DNA of 64,000 nt from Promethearchaeota archaeon (GCA_048940925.1 JBHLOC010000004.1:64001-128000), one strand, 5' to 3'; counted from the first letter of the stretch, positions 30,361-40,285 are shown. Notes: generated by a model from the sequence alone, not told the origin. Numbers and translations are program-made.

Positions 30361-31041
30361 TTAAATCAGATCCATTATCTCCATGAAAGATTCAATTTTT
30401 CGACCATTCCAATTTACTTCAACTAGATGATAGGGATCCATCTCATTTGGATCACGGATCATAACAGCATCCATACCTAACTGAGAAGCTCCCGCGAGTT
30501 CATTACTATCACCATCTCCAATATAGAGGCATTCGTTTGGTTTGACTCCCAAATGTTCACATGCTAAATTGTATATTTGAGCGTCGGGTTTTTTCAAACC
30601 TACTGAAGCGGAGAATATAGTAGCATCAAAGAGATGAGAGAAGTCTGTATTTTTCCATAAGAGAGGTACCTCGGCAGAGCAATTAGTTATTAATCCAATC
30701 TTATATCCTAATCCTCTTAGAGCTTTTAAAATATCTACAGCTCCATTTTTGGGAGTTAAAGCTTTGCGAGTGTTTTCCAGTCTGATTTGTTCACATTTCC
30801 TAATGTTTTCATCACTTACAGAAACTTTAAGTATATTACAAATATACCTTATACTTTGTTCGGTGGTTTTAAAAATCCCAATTGCGCGCTTATAAGTTGT
30901 ATCACGCCAAAATTTTGAAAAATCCTCATTAGGTAAATCGAGAGCTAAAGCCATATCTGTTAATAATCTGTTATATCCTTGAACTGAATAATTATCGACA
31001 AGAGTACCGAATAGATCGAAAATAATAGCCTTATATTTCAT
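30361..31041 (-). CDS. HAD-superfamily hydrolase
   Basis: IIFDLFGTL, GLITN, KKPD, YIGDGDSNEL. Confidence 0.92.
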   Translation of the reverse strand: MKYKAIIFDLFGTLVDNYSVQGYNRLLTDMALALDLPNEDFSKFWRDTTYKRAIGIFKTTEQSIRYICNILKVSVSDENIRKCEQIRLENTRKALTPKNGAVDILKALRGLGYKIGLITNCSAEVPLLWKNTDFSHLFDATIFSASVGLKKPDAQIYNLACEHLGVKPNECLYIGDGDSNELAGASQLGMDAVMIRDPNEMDPYHLVEVNWNGRKIESFMEIMDLI

Positions 31042-31085
31042 AGGATTCTACTAGTATGTCTGTCATTTTAGTTAATCGAATTTTG

Positions 31086-31122
31086 AATTAAAGTATAGAA
31101 TTTCATAAAAATCTTATTAGTC
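31086..31122. repeat. 37-bp direct repeat flanking the HAD gene, copy 2
   Basis: 34/37 identical to 30323-30359. Confidence 0.8.
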
Positions 31123-31205
31123 TGACTACATTAACTATGCGATATAAAAGATATTAGGAAAAAAAGTAATTAAAAATGAAAAATTTGTAATAGAAATTAT
31201 ATAAT

Positions 31206-32672
31206 TTAACTAGCTCGTTTTCTTTTACGCAATAGGAAAATTGCTGTTGTCGCTACTGCTATTCCAGCTATAGTTGACGTGATTGCTATGATGATTAGTA
31301 CGAGAGGAACTTTATCAGCAGGTTTCCCATCATTATCCGGTGGTGTTGGAGTTCGATTGTCTACCTTCGCCGTTAGAAACCAATTTGCTCCGTTGCCTGC
31401 ATCGAACACAATGACGTCTCTATAGCCGTTGATTGCTGGTGCCGAGGAATCAACTAGTTTTTCAGTACTTCCGTTAAAAGCTCTAATGTCGGACCAGTTA
31501 GTAGGAATCTTGAATATCATCGAATTATAATCGTCAATTCTTGCATCATAACAAGTAATATTTTCGTTAATAGAGGCGTTCCATATAAATAAGTCTTTTT
31601 CTAGAATGGTATAGGTCGAATCTGCCTTTAAACCCGTTTTAGTATAATTGATTTGAACCTTAGTGATATTACAGGAAAGGTTCCACCAATCATAATCGGC
31701 AGAAATTATGAATTCTAATTCACCCTTACTATTCGTATACTCTTGATTTGAAGTCATCCAATATCCAGAGTTGTTCACATTGTCGCTTACAGCAGTGTTG
31801 TTTATTTTAAGCCCTATATCTGAAGGTTTAGGAGTAAGTTTTAAAGGAGAAAAATCACATTTGAGGGTTAAATCAACGGTATCCGGAGGTACACCAGATG
31901 TTATTAAAACCCAATCCTCCGGACCAGGATCCTCTTTCCAGCAATCAAGATCATCACTATTATCTCCAGCACCAATATAATCTGAATCAAAATACCAATA
32001 AGTATTGTCATTTGTATCTTTTAAACTAATAAAGAATGTATTATTTTCTGTATCTGATATATTTAATAATTCATGTAGGTTTGTAAACGTATACCAACCG
32101 GGATCGAAGTTATTGAAATTATAACCTGTTTTTATGGCATGATATAATCCATTTGGCTCATATTGATTGTTAGCCCATTTAGATTTAAAAATTTCAAGAT
32201 TTAAAGAACCACTAGTTGTATCATCTTCATTATATAATCGAAAAGAGGCATTTTCTAAATATCCCGTTCCTTTAATTGTAAAGGATACAGCCTTTCGTTT
32301 TCCATATAATGAAATTGCATCTATTCGAAAGTCATCTTCATAAATAATAGTTTTATTTGGAACATAGATATCATTGATCATAAACTCGGTAAAGCTGGAG
32401 TTGAATGTGGGTTCAGAAGGGCATAGAACGGTTAACACATTCGAATTACTTAAATTGGAAAATTCAATAGTTGATATATTCAGGTAGGTTTGATGCAGCG
32501 AAACATTTATCTGTTCTCCTTCTCCAGCAGTCTGAAGCACACTGTTCAAAAATTTGAATACATTATCTTTATTCTGTCGATTATCGATAATACTGTATTT
32601 GCTAATGGGCGATACCGCGAAAAAAATCCCTATAATTAATATAATTATTTTCATTTTGCGTTTATTTTTCAT
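31206..32672 (-). CDS. secreted surface glycoprotein with C-terminal TM anchor
   Basis: signal peptide, many sequons, Pro/Thr linker, TM plus RKRKRAS. Confidence 0.85.
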   Translation of the reverse strand: MKNKRKMKIIILIIGIFFAVSPISKYSIIDNRQNKDNVFKFLNSVLQTAGEGEQINVSLHQTYLNISTIEFSNLSNSNVLTVLCPSEPTFNSSFTEFMINDIYVPNKTIIYEDDFRIDAISLYGKRKAVSFTIKGTGYLENASFRLYNEDDTTSGSLNLEIFKSKWANNQYEPNGLYHAIKTGYNFNNFDPGWYTFTNLHELLNISDTENNTFFISLKDTNDNTYWYFDSDYIGAGDNSDDLDCWKEDPGPEDWVLITSGVPPDTVDLTLKCDFSPLKLTPKPSDIGLKINNTAVSDNVNNSGYWMTSNQEYTNSKGELEFIISADYDWWNLSCNITKVQINYTKTGLKADSTYTILEKDLFIWNASINENITCYDARIDDYNSMIFKIPTNWSDIRAFNGSTEKLVDSSAPAINGYRDVIVFDAGNGANWFLTAKVDNRTPTPPDNDGKPADKVPLVLIIIAITSTIAGIAVATTAIFLLRKRKRAS

Positions 32673-32705
32673 TAAATTTCACTTGAAAATCATTGGATTA
32701 TATAA

Positions 32706-32736
32706 AAAATTGACAAAAAAGTATTTAACACTTTTG
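32706..32736. repeat. duplicated promoter segment, copy C
   Basis: 28/31 identical to 29693-29723. Confidence 0.7.
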
Positions 32737-32825
32737 AATCACTATTAATTCTGAGATTCAATTTTCACAAAATTAATTGATTCTTGGAAAAAAAATACTT
32801 AAAAAAGAAAGATTTGAAATAGTAA

Positions 32826-32924
32826 TTAAATAACTTCACTTACTCGTTTTCTTTTACGCGATAGGAAAATTGCGATTACTGCTACTGCTATTCCATTTAC
32901 AGTAGATATGATTGCTATTTTAGT
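32826..32924 (-). pseudogene. orphan C-terminal TM anchor of a paralogue of the 31206-32672 surface protein
   Basis: reads TKIAIISTVNGIAVAVIAIFLSRKRKRVSEVI*, compared with IIIAITSTIAGIAVATTAIFLLRKRKRAS*. Confidence 0.75.
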
Positions 32925-33950
32925 TTATTTCGCGACATTAATAACAGCTCTTCCCGCAAATTTACCTTTGCTCATTTCTTCAAATACTTCACTAATTTCT
33001 GAAAGATCAGCAGTTCTGCCGACATGAGTTTTAACCTTGCCTTCTACTGCTAGTTCAACTAGTTCTCTCATATCTTCAACTGTACCTGTTAAGGATCCGG
33101 TTATGTGTAAATTTCTCATTATTACATCAAATGGGGTTAATGACATCGGTCCCTCACTAAATGGGGGCAGACCTACTGCAATTAATGTTCCCCCCACTTT
33201 GAGTAAATTAATTCCAAGATTATAAGCTGAAATATTTGCAGCAAATACCATGCATGCCTGAACACCGCCTAACTTTTCTTGAACAAACTTCCTAACTTCA
33301 TTAGCATCTATTGCATGATCAGCACCGAGTTGTTTAACGATCTCTAATTTTTCAAGGCCTTTATCGACTCCAATGACTTTATAACCAAAGGCTTTTGCGA
33401 TCTGTACAGCATAATGACCAAGTCCACCAGCAGCCCCAATGATGGCAATATTTGCCCCAGGAGATATTTTAAGATTCTTAAGTTTTTTGATTGCCCTATA
33501 CGCTGTTAAACCCCCACATGCTAATGAAACTTCATTATCACTTAATTCATTTGGGATTTTTACCAGAGATTTAGCCCATACGGAAATGTATTCACTAAAT
33601 ATCCCGAACAAGGGTTTTCTTTCAGGACAATACATAGATTCTCCAGAAGTACAATACTCACAGGTTCCACACCAGTATCCCCCTGTTCCACCAAGACCCA
33701 ATATAACTCGATCACCTACTTTTATATCAGATTCCACGTCAGGGCCCAATTCCTCGACTATACCAATTCCTTCATGCCCTAGAGGCCGTGGAGTTGGTAA
33801 TTCCATCCATTCTGCCATTACAACATGTAAATCTGTGTGGCAAACACCTGCAGTTGTAATTTTTACTAGGGCTTCTTCACGTTCGGGAGAGGGTTTAGGA
33901 ACATCTATGATACTTACTTTACCAATTTCTTGAAGTATTGCGGCTCGCAT
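32925..33950 (-). CDS. Zn-dependent alcohol dehydrogenase (AdhP-like)
   Basis: GVCHTD, GHEG, CGTCEYC...C, GAAGGLG, GRAVI. Confidence 0.92.
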   Translation of the reverse strand: MRAAILQEIGKVSIIDVPKPSPEREEALVKITTAGVCHTDLHVVMAEWMELPTPRPLGHEGIGIVEELGPDVESDIKVGDRVILGLGGTGGYWCGTCEYCTSGESMYCPERKPLFGIFSEYISVWAKSLVKIPNELSDNEVSLACGGLTAYRAIKKLKNLKISPGANIAIIGAAGGLGHYAVQIAKAFGYKVIGVDKGLEKLEIVKQLGADHAIDANEVRKFVQEKLGGVQACMVFAANISAYNLGINLLKVGGTLIAVGLPPFSEGPMSLTPFDVIMRNLHITGSLTGTVEDMRELVELAVEGKVKTHVGRTADLSEISEVFEEMSKGKFAGRAVINVAK

Positions 33951-34064
33951 TTTACTTATTTCATCTTTAAAGTTTTTTGTATTAAATATTTATTTATACT
34001 TTAGATTTTAAATAGCTTTGTTAAAATATTTCGAAAGTAATGCAGTTGTAATGGCATTAAAAAA

Positions 34065-34260
34065 TTATTTTGTAGTATCAATGCTTTCAATGATAAGTTT
34101 CTTTCTAAATATAACGATAACTATTTCTAAACGGGGAATTACAAAAATGAATCTCCCATAAAAACCAGAGGATATAAACATATCTTCAGGAGCGTTAGGA
34201 CCCATTCTCTCTGTATCATCTTTAAATGGTTAATCCCAATTCCTCAATTTCTACCATAAG
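34065..34260 (-). pseudogene. C-terminal remnant of a beta-lactamase/serine hydrolase-family gene
   Basis: APEDMFISSGFYGRFIFVIPRLEIVIV motif; upstream portion interrupted by stops. Confidence 0.55.
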
Positions 34261-34275
34261 TTCTCTCAATGGATT

Positions 34276-35025
34276 TTACTTCTTTAAAATCTCTATTCTT
34301 TTTTCTTTTGGTAACTTTTCACTAGCATATCTGAGAATCAAGCGCGAGAATTTTTCCTTATTACTCATTAAATAATTAAAAATTGAACTGGGATCATAGT
34401 TTGAACATGTTTTTAGAAGCCAACCAATTGCTTTTTCAATGTAATTTTTATTTATAAATTTAAGCATGTCTTCTACCTTTTGGAACACATAATGTTCATT
34501 AAATTCTTTATGGACCATAATAATTTTCAGAAGAATTACCATAGAAGCTCGTTTTATCCATAGTGATTTATTATGAGCCCATTTATCAATAGTGATTTTT
34601 GCTAATTGTTCATTATCTTTTTTTGCGAGGAATGGCCCTAATACTCTGATACAACAACTATCACATGTACTCCAAGTATGACAATAAGGGAAATATTCAA
34701 TTTTAAAAAATTGGGGGATGTGATTAGTAAAGAGTTTTTTATATCTATTAAGAAAGAAAAATGACGCGAATTTGTATTCTTCTACTTGAATTCTAGCTAA
34801 ATTCTTAAAAATTTCCTTTGCATCACCAAATAAAGGTTGATATTTATTGTGAATGTTCCTTACGATTTTTTCTATTTCAGCAGTTCTTATACCTAAAATA
34901 ACATAATCTTCAATATCTGGATTTATAATTTTATACATTCTATTCCTTTGATCTTCAGATAATATAGGTTTTTGTTTATCTATTGATGTTTTAAAATCTA
35001 AAATGATATTATTGATTTCTTGCAT
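34276..35025 (-). CDS. alkD: AlkD-like DNA alkylation repair protein
   Basis: LGIRT, TWSTCD, W..RAS, KAIGWLLK, LRYASEK. Confidence 0.82.
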   Translation of the reverse strand: MQEINNIILDFKTSIDKQKPILSEDQRNRMYKIINPDIEDYVILGIRTAEIEKIVRNIHNKYQPLFGDAKEIFKNLARIQVEEYKFASFFFLNRYKKLFTNHIPQFFKIEYFPYCHTWSTCDSCCIRVLGPFLAKKDNEQLAKITIDKWAHNKSLWIKRASMVILLKIIMVHKEFNEHYVFQKVEDMLKFINKNYIEKAIGWLLKTCSNYDPSSIFNYLMSNKEKFSRLILRYASEKLPKEKRIEILKK

Positions 35026-35066
35026 TTTATTTAAATCTAATTTGAATGTTTTTTTTTTATAAAATT

Positions 35067-36200
35067 CTACAAAAACTTATCTAAATTTGTTTTTTCATCT
35101 ATTCTTTCTACATATGGTTTAATAATATCAATTTCTTTTTTATAAAAGCCTTCTAATTGGTTAAGTTTATCATTTTTATATATATTATGCACTGACTCTT
35201 TCAGATTATTCAACTTTAAACCAGCCCATTTCATAGTTGTATTAGATTTCCCTGTTTTTACGAGATCAAGGTATTCTTTATTCAAAAGAAGTTCAGATAT
35301 TTTATAATTCCATTTTCTATAGTCTTTTGGAATCCATCTTTTGATACGGATAGGCAAATTGTTTTTTTGAGATAATTTGAATAATTTCGAATGCATCTTT
35401 TGGACATAATCAGCAGGAGGATGTATTTGACCTTTGTATAAGTTTAAAAGTGGTTTAACAACATGCTGATATTTACTATTTTTTAGTTTTTTAATGAAAT
35501 ATTCAGCTTGTAAGTCTCTTAGAGTCAACCCTGGACTGATTAAAATAAAATCTGCTCCTGCTTCTTTTGTTTTTTTGATAACATCTTTTAGATTTTTTTC
35601 ATTATCTTCTAAAAAGGGAATAATTGGAATAAAATAAGTACCCACCTGGATTTGAGGTGCTTTATTTTTTATAATTTTTAATGCTTCAAGTCGCTCCGCA
35701 GGTGAAGACGAATAAGGTTCTAAAAATTTTGCTAATTCTTCATTTGTAGTAGAGATAGAGAAACCTATAGTACACCAAGTATCATCTGCAATTTTTTTAA
35801 GAATATCACCATCTCGAGTAATTAATTTAGACTTAGTAGCGACATTAATTGGAGACTTATGTTTTGCTATAACTTGCAAGACTTTTCTTGTTTGTTCAAC
35901 TTTACTTTCAATTGGTTGATATGCATCATTTACACCACCGGGAGCTATTACATCTGGTAATAGTGTCCGAGCTCTTTTAAGTCTGAGATCTAATTTTTTA
36001 TCAAAATCAGTTTTGATAATGATTTCATTTTCAAAATCTTCTAAATAATAACGTTGACTTCGGGCATCACAATATATACATGCATGGGCACATCCAGAAT
36101 ATGCATTTAAGGTGTAACGTGCCCAAAACCAGGAATCTGGATATTTTAATTTGTTTATTACACTTTTAAATTCTTTATAAATATATTTAACCATATTCAT
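35067..36200 (-). CDS. spore-photoproduct-lyase-like radical SAM protein
   Basis: LNAYSGCAHACIYCDAR, DAYQPIE, TKSKLI.RD, LEP.SS...RL. Confidence 0.85.
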   Translation of the reverse strand: MNMVKYIYKEFKSVINKLKYPDSWFWARYTLNAYSGCAHACIYCDARSQRYYLEDFENEIIIKTDFDKKLDLRLKRARTLLPDVIAPGGVNDAYQPIESKVEQTRKVLQVIAKHKSPINVATKSKLITRDGDILKKIADDTWCTIGFSISTTNEELAKFLEPYSSSPAERLEALKIIKNKAPQIQVGTYFIPIIPFLEDNEKNLKDVIKKTKEAGADFILISPGLTLRDLQAEYFIKKLKNSKYQHVVKPLLNLYKGQIHPPADYVQKMHSKLFKLSQKNNLPIRIKRWIPKDYRKWNYKISELLLNKEYLDLVKTGKSNTTMKWAGLKLNNLKESVHNIYKNDKLNQLEGFYKKEIDIIKPYVERIDEKTNLDKFL

Positions 36201-36468
36201 GAGAATTGAATTTGTAAGCTCAATAATTATGATAAAAATAAAAGATTATTGAAATAGCGTACAAAAAGATGAAAAGGATGAAAAAACGCCATTTTTAATA
36301 AATAATAAAGTGATCTAATATTCAATATGGAAATGGAAAATATTCGTATGGCGTTTTTTCGATATTAATACACAAGTTTGTAAATTTAACTTTATGCTTT
36401 TTGAATTATAAACAGTCTATTTCTTTATTAAAAAAGCATATAATATTTAATAAAAATTAGAAAATGAA

Positions 36469-36540
36469 TGCGTCGCCCGGGAATCGAACCCGGGTTACCG
36501 GCTTGGAAGGCCGGAATCCTGACCCCTAGACTAGCGACGC
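36469..36540 (-). tRNA. tRNA-Gly(UCC), intronless
   Basis: GCGTCGC/GCGACGC-A; anticodon loop CTTCCAA; CCGGG-TTCGATT-CCCGG. Confidence 0.95.
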
Positions 36541-36582
36541 TTATAAATAAAAAAAGCATCATTTCATTTAACTTTAGCGATT

Positions 36583-37257
36583 TTATTGAATTTTATAATT
36601 TAATTCATAAAGAGTTATTATTTTATTAACAGCTACCCACGCATCTAAGGGGAATTTTGAAAGTGAGATAATATTTTTAGAGAGTTTAAAGATATCGTCT
36701 GAAAAGTGACCTTTTTGGAATCCACCTATAATAACTATGAGATTTTCTGAAAGATTTTTCAAAAATAATTCTTGATAATTTAGCACTAATTTACCTTTAC
36801 TTGAAAATAAAAAGATTTCTGGCGTTTTAAATGTATGAATTAGATCCTTTATAGTTCCATTGAAATGAGATATTAATTCTGTATTAATGATAGTTATATT
36901 TTCGTCAATCAGTAATTTTCCCATTAATCCTTTAAATCGATTATAATTTCTTGCAATTCTAATTTTCGGATCAAATTTGAAAATTTTATTATTTACTGTA
37001 TGAATGTATAATTTTAAATTCCCAGTTTTATTTAGAGGAGAACCTAAAGCATTTAGTAAGCATAAATGAACTATATCTGGACGACCCCTTTTTTCTAAAT
37101 TTTTTAAATTTTTCATAGCAGTATGATGTAGTGCATTGTCTAAAAGTTGGGAAGAGAAAATACGTGAAGAGAGATTTCTTTTAATAGCAGGATGATTTCT
37201 AATCTCTTTAGGTATTAATTCTATTCCACATTCTACAAGAATAATAATCAATGGCAT
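36583..37257 (-). CDS. nep1: 16S rRNA pseudouridine N1-methyltransferase Nep1/Emg1
   Basis: LLD..LH, RGRPDIVH..LL, RNYNRFKGLM, IGGFQKGHF. Confidence 0.92.
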   Translation of the reverse strand: MPLIIILVECGIELIPKEIRNHPAIKRNLSSRIFSSQLLDNALHHTAMKNLKNLEKRGRPDIVHLCLLNALGSPLNKTGNLKLYIHTVNNKIFKFDPKIRIARNYNRFKGLMGKLLIDENITIINTELISHFNGTIKDLIHTFKTPEIFLFSSKGKLVLNYQELFLKNLSENLIVIIGGFQKGHFSDDIFKLSKNIISLSKFPLDAWVAVNKIITLYELNYKIQ

Positions 37258-37286
37258 GTAGAAATTTAATCTCTTTTTTATTTATT

Positions 37287-37634
37287 TTAATTTTTTTGCA
37301 TATTTTTTAATTTAATAAAGTATCGAGTTGTTTTATTACAATCGAAACAAGTTAAAGAAACATGAGAGCCTTTTCCTTTATGAGAATGCATTCTGACTCT
37401 ACAATTCAATCCGGGGTATAAGAAATTTTTACATTTATTGCATATGTGTTTTTTCCACTCAGCAGGGATTTTAATTTTTGCTCTTTGTGCATAACGTCTA
37501 GCTAAATAAACATATTTATTTGCTAATTCCTTTTTCTCAGGAAATATTTCATGAGCTCTTTGGAATAAATATAACATACGATTGTTTGCTATACTTTTTA
37601 TAATATATTTAGATTTTGGGTTTCTTTTCGGCAT
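37287..37634 (-). CDS. rnp4: RNase P protein subunit Rpp21
   Basis: IA..RM..LF, YV.LAR, CNKC..L.PG, CFDC..TRY. Confidence 0.92.
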   Translation of the reverse strand: MPKRNPKSKYIIKSIANNRMLYLFQRAHEIFPEKKELANKYVYLARRYAQRAKIKIPAEWKKHICNKCKNFLYPGLNCRVRMHSHKGKGSHVSLTCFDCNKTTRYFIKLKNMQKN

Positions 37635-37660
37635 TTAGTAACTCAATAGGTCGAAATGAC

Positions 37661-37948
37661 TTAATTTAATTTTCTAATCTGTTCTAAAGAGAGAATAAAT
37701 ATTTTTCCTCTAACATCTACCAAATAGGATTGAGTTAATTGAGAAGTTTGGTTTGCCAATTCTTTTATATTTGATTTTGTTGCTATTGACTTTAATGCTT
37801 TGATTTTAATAATTTTATATCTTTTTAATAAATTAGTTACATGAGTGAGAAAGTCATCAGTAATTCCTTTCTTACCTAAAATGCAATGTGGTGGTGATAA
37901 TGCCACTTTTTTAAATTCTTTTTGATAATCCATCGTCCTAGAACTCAT
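37661..37948 (-). CDS. yhbY: YhbY/CRM RNA-binding protein
   Basis: LGKKGITD, IIKIK, VDVRGK.FIL. Confidence 0.85.
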   Translation of the reverse strand: MSSRTMDYQKEFKKVALSPPHCILGKKGITDDFLTHVTNLLKRYKIIKIKALKSIATKSNIKELANQTSQLTQSYLVDVRGKIFILSLEQIRKLN

Positions 37949-38038
37949 AAAATACAAAAATTTTTAATTTATTCTAACTTTTAAAACGTATCAAATATAA
38001 TAAAGAATGATTGAATTAAAGATTAATATCTTAGAAAA

Positions 38039-38464
38039 ATGTCAATATATGTCGTCCAACCACAAAAACTAATAAAAGAAATAGCAGAGAAATTAAAAGA
38101 GTTTCCTGAAATTAACCCTCCTAAAGGTTCTGAATTTTGGAAGACAGCTTTTTTTAAAGAATTAGCTCCTACTGATTCAGAGAATTTTTGGTATATTCGA
38201 TGTGCCTCATTACTTAGAAAGATTAAAAAATTTCAACCTATTGGAGTAAACAAACTCAGAAAACACTATGGGGGAAAAAATAGAAAAGGAAGTGGACTGA
38301 AGCATTCTGCAAAAGGAAGTGGAAAAATAATACGCCTTGCTCTGCAGCAGTTAGAAAAAGCAAATTTGATCGAAAATAAGGAAAAACTGGGAAGAGTTCT
38401 ATCACCTGAAGGCATAAGTTTGTTAGAAAGGACGGCATATTCAATTTTAAGGAATAAAAGTTAA
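38039..38464 (+). CDS. rps19e: ribosomal protein eS19
   Basis: KELAP, WYIRCASLLRK, YGG, GSGKIIR.ALQQLE. Confidence 0.95.
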   Translation: MSIYVVQPQKLIKEIAEKLKEFPEINPPKGSEFWKTAFFKELAPTDSENFWYIRCASLLRKIKKFQPIGVNKLRKHYGGKNRKGSGLKHSAKGSGKIIRLALQQLEKANLIENKEKLGRVLSPEGISLLERTAYSILRNKS

Positions 38465-38498
38465 ATTTCGTAATATTCATGATTCTTAGTGAACCCCA

Positions 38499-38840
38499 AT
38501 GAGTGATAATGAAGAATTAGAAAATATCAGAAAAAAAAAATTAGAAGAACTAAAACACCAAGCAATTCAACAACAAATAGCTGAAGCTCAGCAACAGGAA
38601 TTTGAAATAAAGAAATATCAGATTATGAGAAAGATATTAAGCCAAGAAGGACGGCAGAGATTAGAAAATATTCGAATGATTAAACCACAATTTGCTGAAC
38701 AGATAGAACTACAACTGATCCAACTTTTTCAATCAGGAAGGTTAAGTGGTTCTATTCCATTGTCAGATAAGGCATTTAAAAAACTGCTTGAGCAAATATC
38801 CTCTATGGGAAGAAAAAAAGAGTATAAAATAAAAAAATAA
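38499..38840 (+). CDS. PDCD5-family DNA-binding protein
   Basis: ELENIRKKKLEEL, IL..E.R.RL.NI.M.KP.FA..IE.QLIQL. Confidence 0.92.
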   Translation: MSDNEELENIRKKKLEELKHQAIQQQIAEAQQQEFEIKKYQIMRKILSQEGRQRLENIRMIKPQFAEQIELQLIQLFQSGRLSGSIPLSDKAFKKLLEQISSMGRKKEYKIKK

Positions 38841-38851
38841 GAGAAAAAAAA

Positions 38852-39013
38852 ATGGCTCGTAATAAAGATTTGCCCTCTAAATTAAGAAGAGCAAAATGTA
38901 AGAAAAAAAGTCAATCGATACCGAGTTGGGTGACCATGAGGACAGGCGGAAAGCTTAGAACTAGTCCAAATACTCAAAGATCATGGAGGAATACAAGGTT
39001 AAAAAGAGATTAA
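38852..39013 (+). CDS. rpl39e: ribosomal protein eL39 (absent from the ORF track)
   Basis: MARNKDLPSKLRRAKCKKKSQSIPSWVTMRTGGKLRTSPNTQRSWRNTRLKRD*, in the expected position. Confidence 0.92.
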   Translation: MARNKDLPSKLRRAKCKKKSQSIPSWVTMRTGGKLRTSPNTQRSWRNTRLKRD

Positions 39014-39048
39014 AGATAAGTTATAAATTTGAGTTATATTGAGTAAAG

Positions 39049-39495
39049 ATGGCAAAGAAAGAAAAGGAAATTGATTTAGATGATTTAGAAGAAGAACTGC
39101 AAGAATCCGAACCTGAAGAAGAAATAGAGGAAATTGAAGAATTTAGTTTAGATGAGATTACTGAAGAGGAAGAAATTAGTGAAGTTTTTGAAGAAGAAGC
39201 TGAATTATTGGAAGAAGTAGAAGAAGAAGAGGTTCCTAAAGAAGAAATAATTGATGAAAGAATATATATAATCCCTCTTGCTAAAGCTAGAAAAGGTCCA
39301 AGAAATAAATGGGCTAAAAAATCAATTAGATACCTTCGAGAATTTATAACACGTCACTTTAAACCAGAATCCTTGGTTATATCTCAAGAAGTTAATGAAC
39401 GAGTCTGGCAACAAGGAATTCAAAAACCTCCACGAAAGTTAAAAGTGAGAGTCACTAAGAATATTGATGGACTATGTGTGGTATATTTAGCTTAG
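39049..39495 (+). CDS. rpl31e: ribosomal protein eL31 with acidic N-terminal extension
   Basis: ERIYIIPL, A..SI..LREF..RH, NE.VW..GI.KPPRK.KVRV. Confidence 0.93.
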   Translation: MAKKEKEIDLDDLEEELQESEPEEEIEEIEEFSLDEITEEEEISEVFEEEAELLEEVEEEEVPKEEIIDERIYIIPLAKARKGPRNKWAKKSIRYLREFITRHFKPESLVISQEVNERVWQQGIQKPPRKLKVRVTKNIDGLCVVYLA

Positions 39496-39504
39496 GAACT
39501 GAAA

Positions 39505-40185
39505 ATGGCAATTTTAAGAACTCAAATCTTTGGTAAAAGTCTAATTGGGGTTTATTTAACTGCTAATAATTCATATATTCTTTATCCTCCCACATTACTT
39601 ATACAACAGTTAAAAAAATTTAAGACTATTTTTCAGGAATCTTTTTATCCTCTTACGATTAACGATTCCATTTTATTGGGTGTGTATACGGCATCAAATA
39701 AGTACGGTATAATTGTCCCACACATTATTAAAGATGATGAATTAAATAAATTAAAAGAAATTTTAAAAGAGGAAGATGATTCATCGCAAATTGCTATACT
39801 TAAATCTATCGATAATGCTTTTGGGAATTTAATACTCTGCAACGATAAAGGCGCAATTATTAGTTCATTTTTAGAAGATTATAAAAAACAAATCGAAGAT
39901 GTCTTAAATGTAGAGACAATTGTTTATGAATTTGCTGATAATTATCTTCCAGGTTCAATTTCATTAGCTAATAATAATGGATGTTTAGTTCATCCATTTA
40001 CTACTGATGAGGAGATTGAATATATTTGTTCAATTTTAAAAGTTAAAGAGGTTGATGTCTCAACAATAAATCGCGGGATACCGTATCTAAGTTCAGGAGC
40101 AATTGTTAATGATAAAAACGGAATATTTGGTAGTGATTCAACCGGTCCTGAGCTTATGAGACTTACTTCCATTCTTGATTTATAA
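39505..40185 (+). CDS. eif6: translation factor aIF6/eIF6
   Basis: IGVY, GNLILCNDKGA, ANNNGCLVHP, TINRG, STGPEL. Confidence 0.93.
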   Translation: MAILRTQIFGKSLIGVYLTANNSYILYPPTLLIQQLKKFKTIFQESFYPLTINDSILLGVYTASNKYGIIVPHIIKDDELNKLKEILKEEDDSSQIAILKSIDNAFGNLILCNDKGAIISSFLEDYKKQIEDVLNVETIVYEFADNYLPGSISLANNNGCLVHPFTTDEEIEYICSILKVKEVDVSTINRGIPYLSSGAIVNDKNGIFGSDSTGPELMRLTSILDL

Positions 40186-40285
40186 AACGATTGACTTATT
40201 TTAGCAAGAGATAAAAAGAAAAATTTATTATTTTTAAAAGTATTATCTTTTTCTATAAACTGCGATACAAAGATTTATATTAGCC

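Noticed and set aside
32826-33950. Programmed stop-codon read-through giving a membrane-anchored ADH
   Set aside because: The stop is TAA, no recoding structure is evident, and the tail has polar substitutions consistent with decay.
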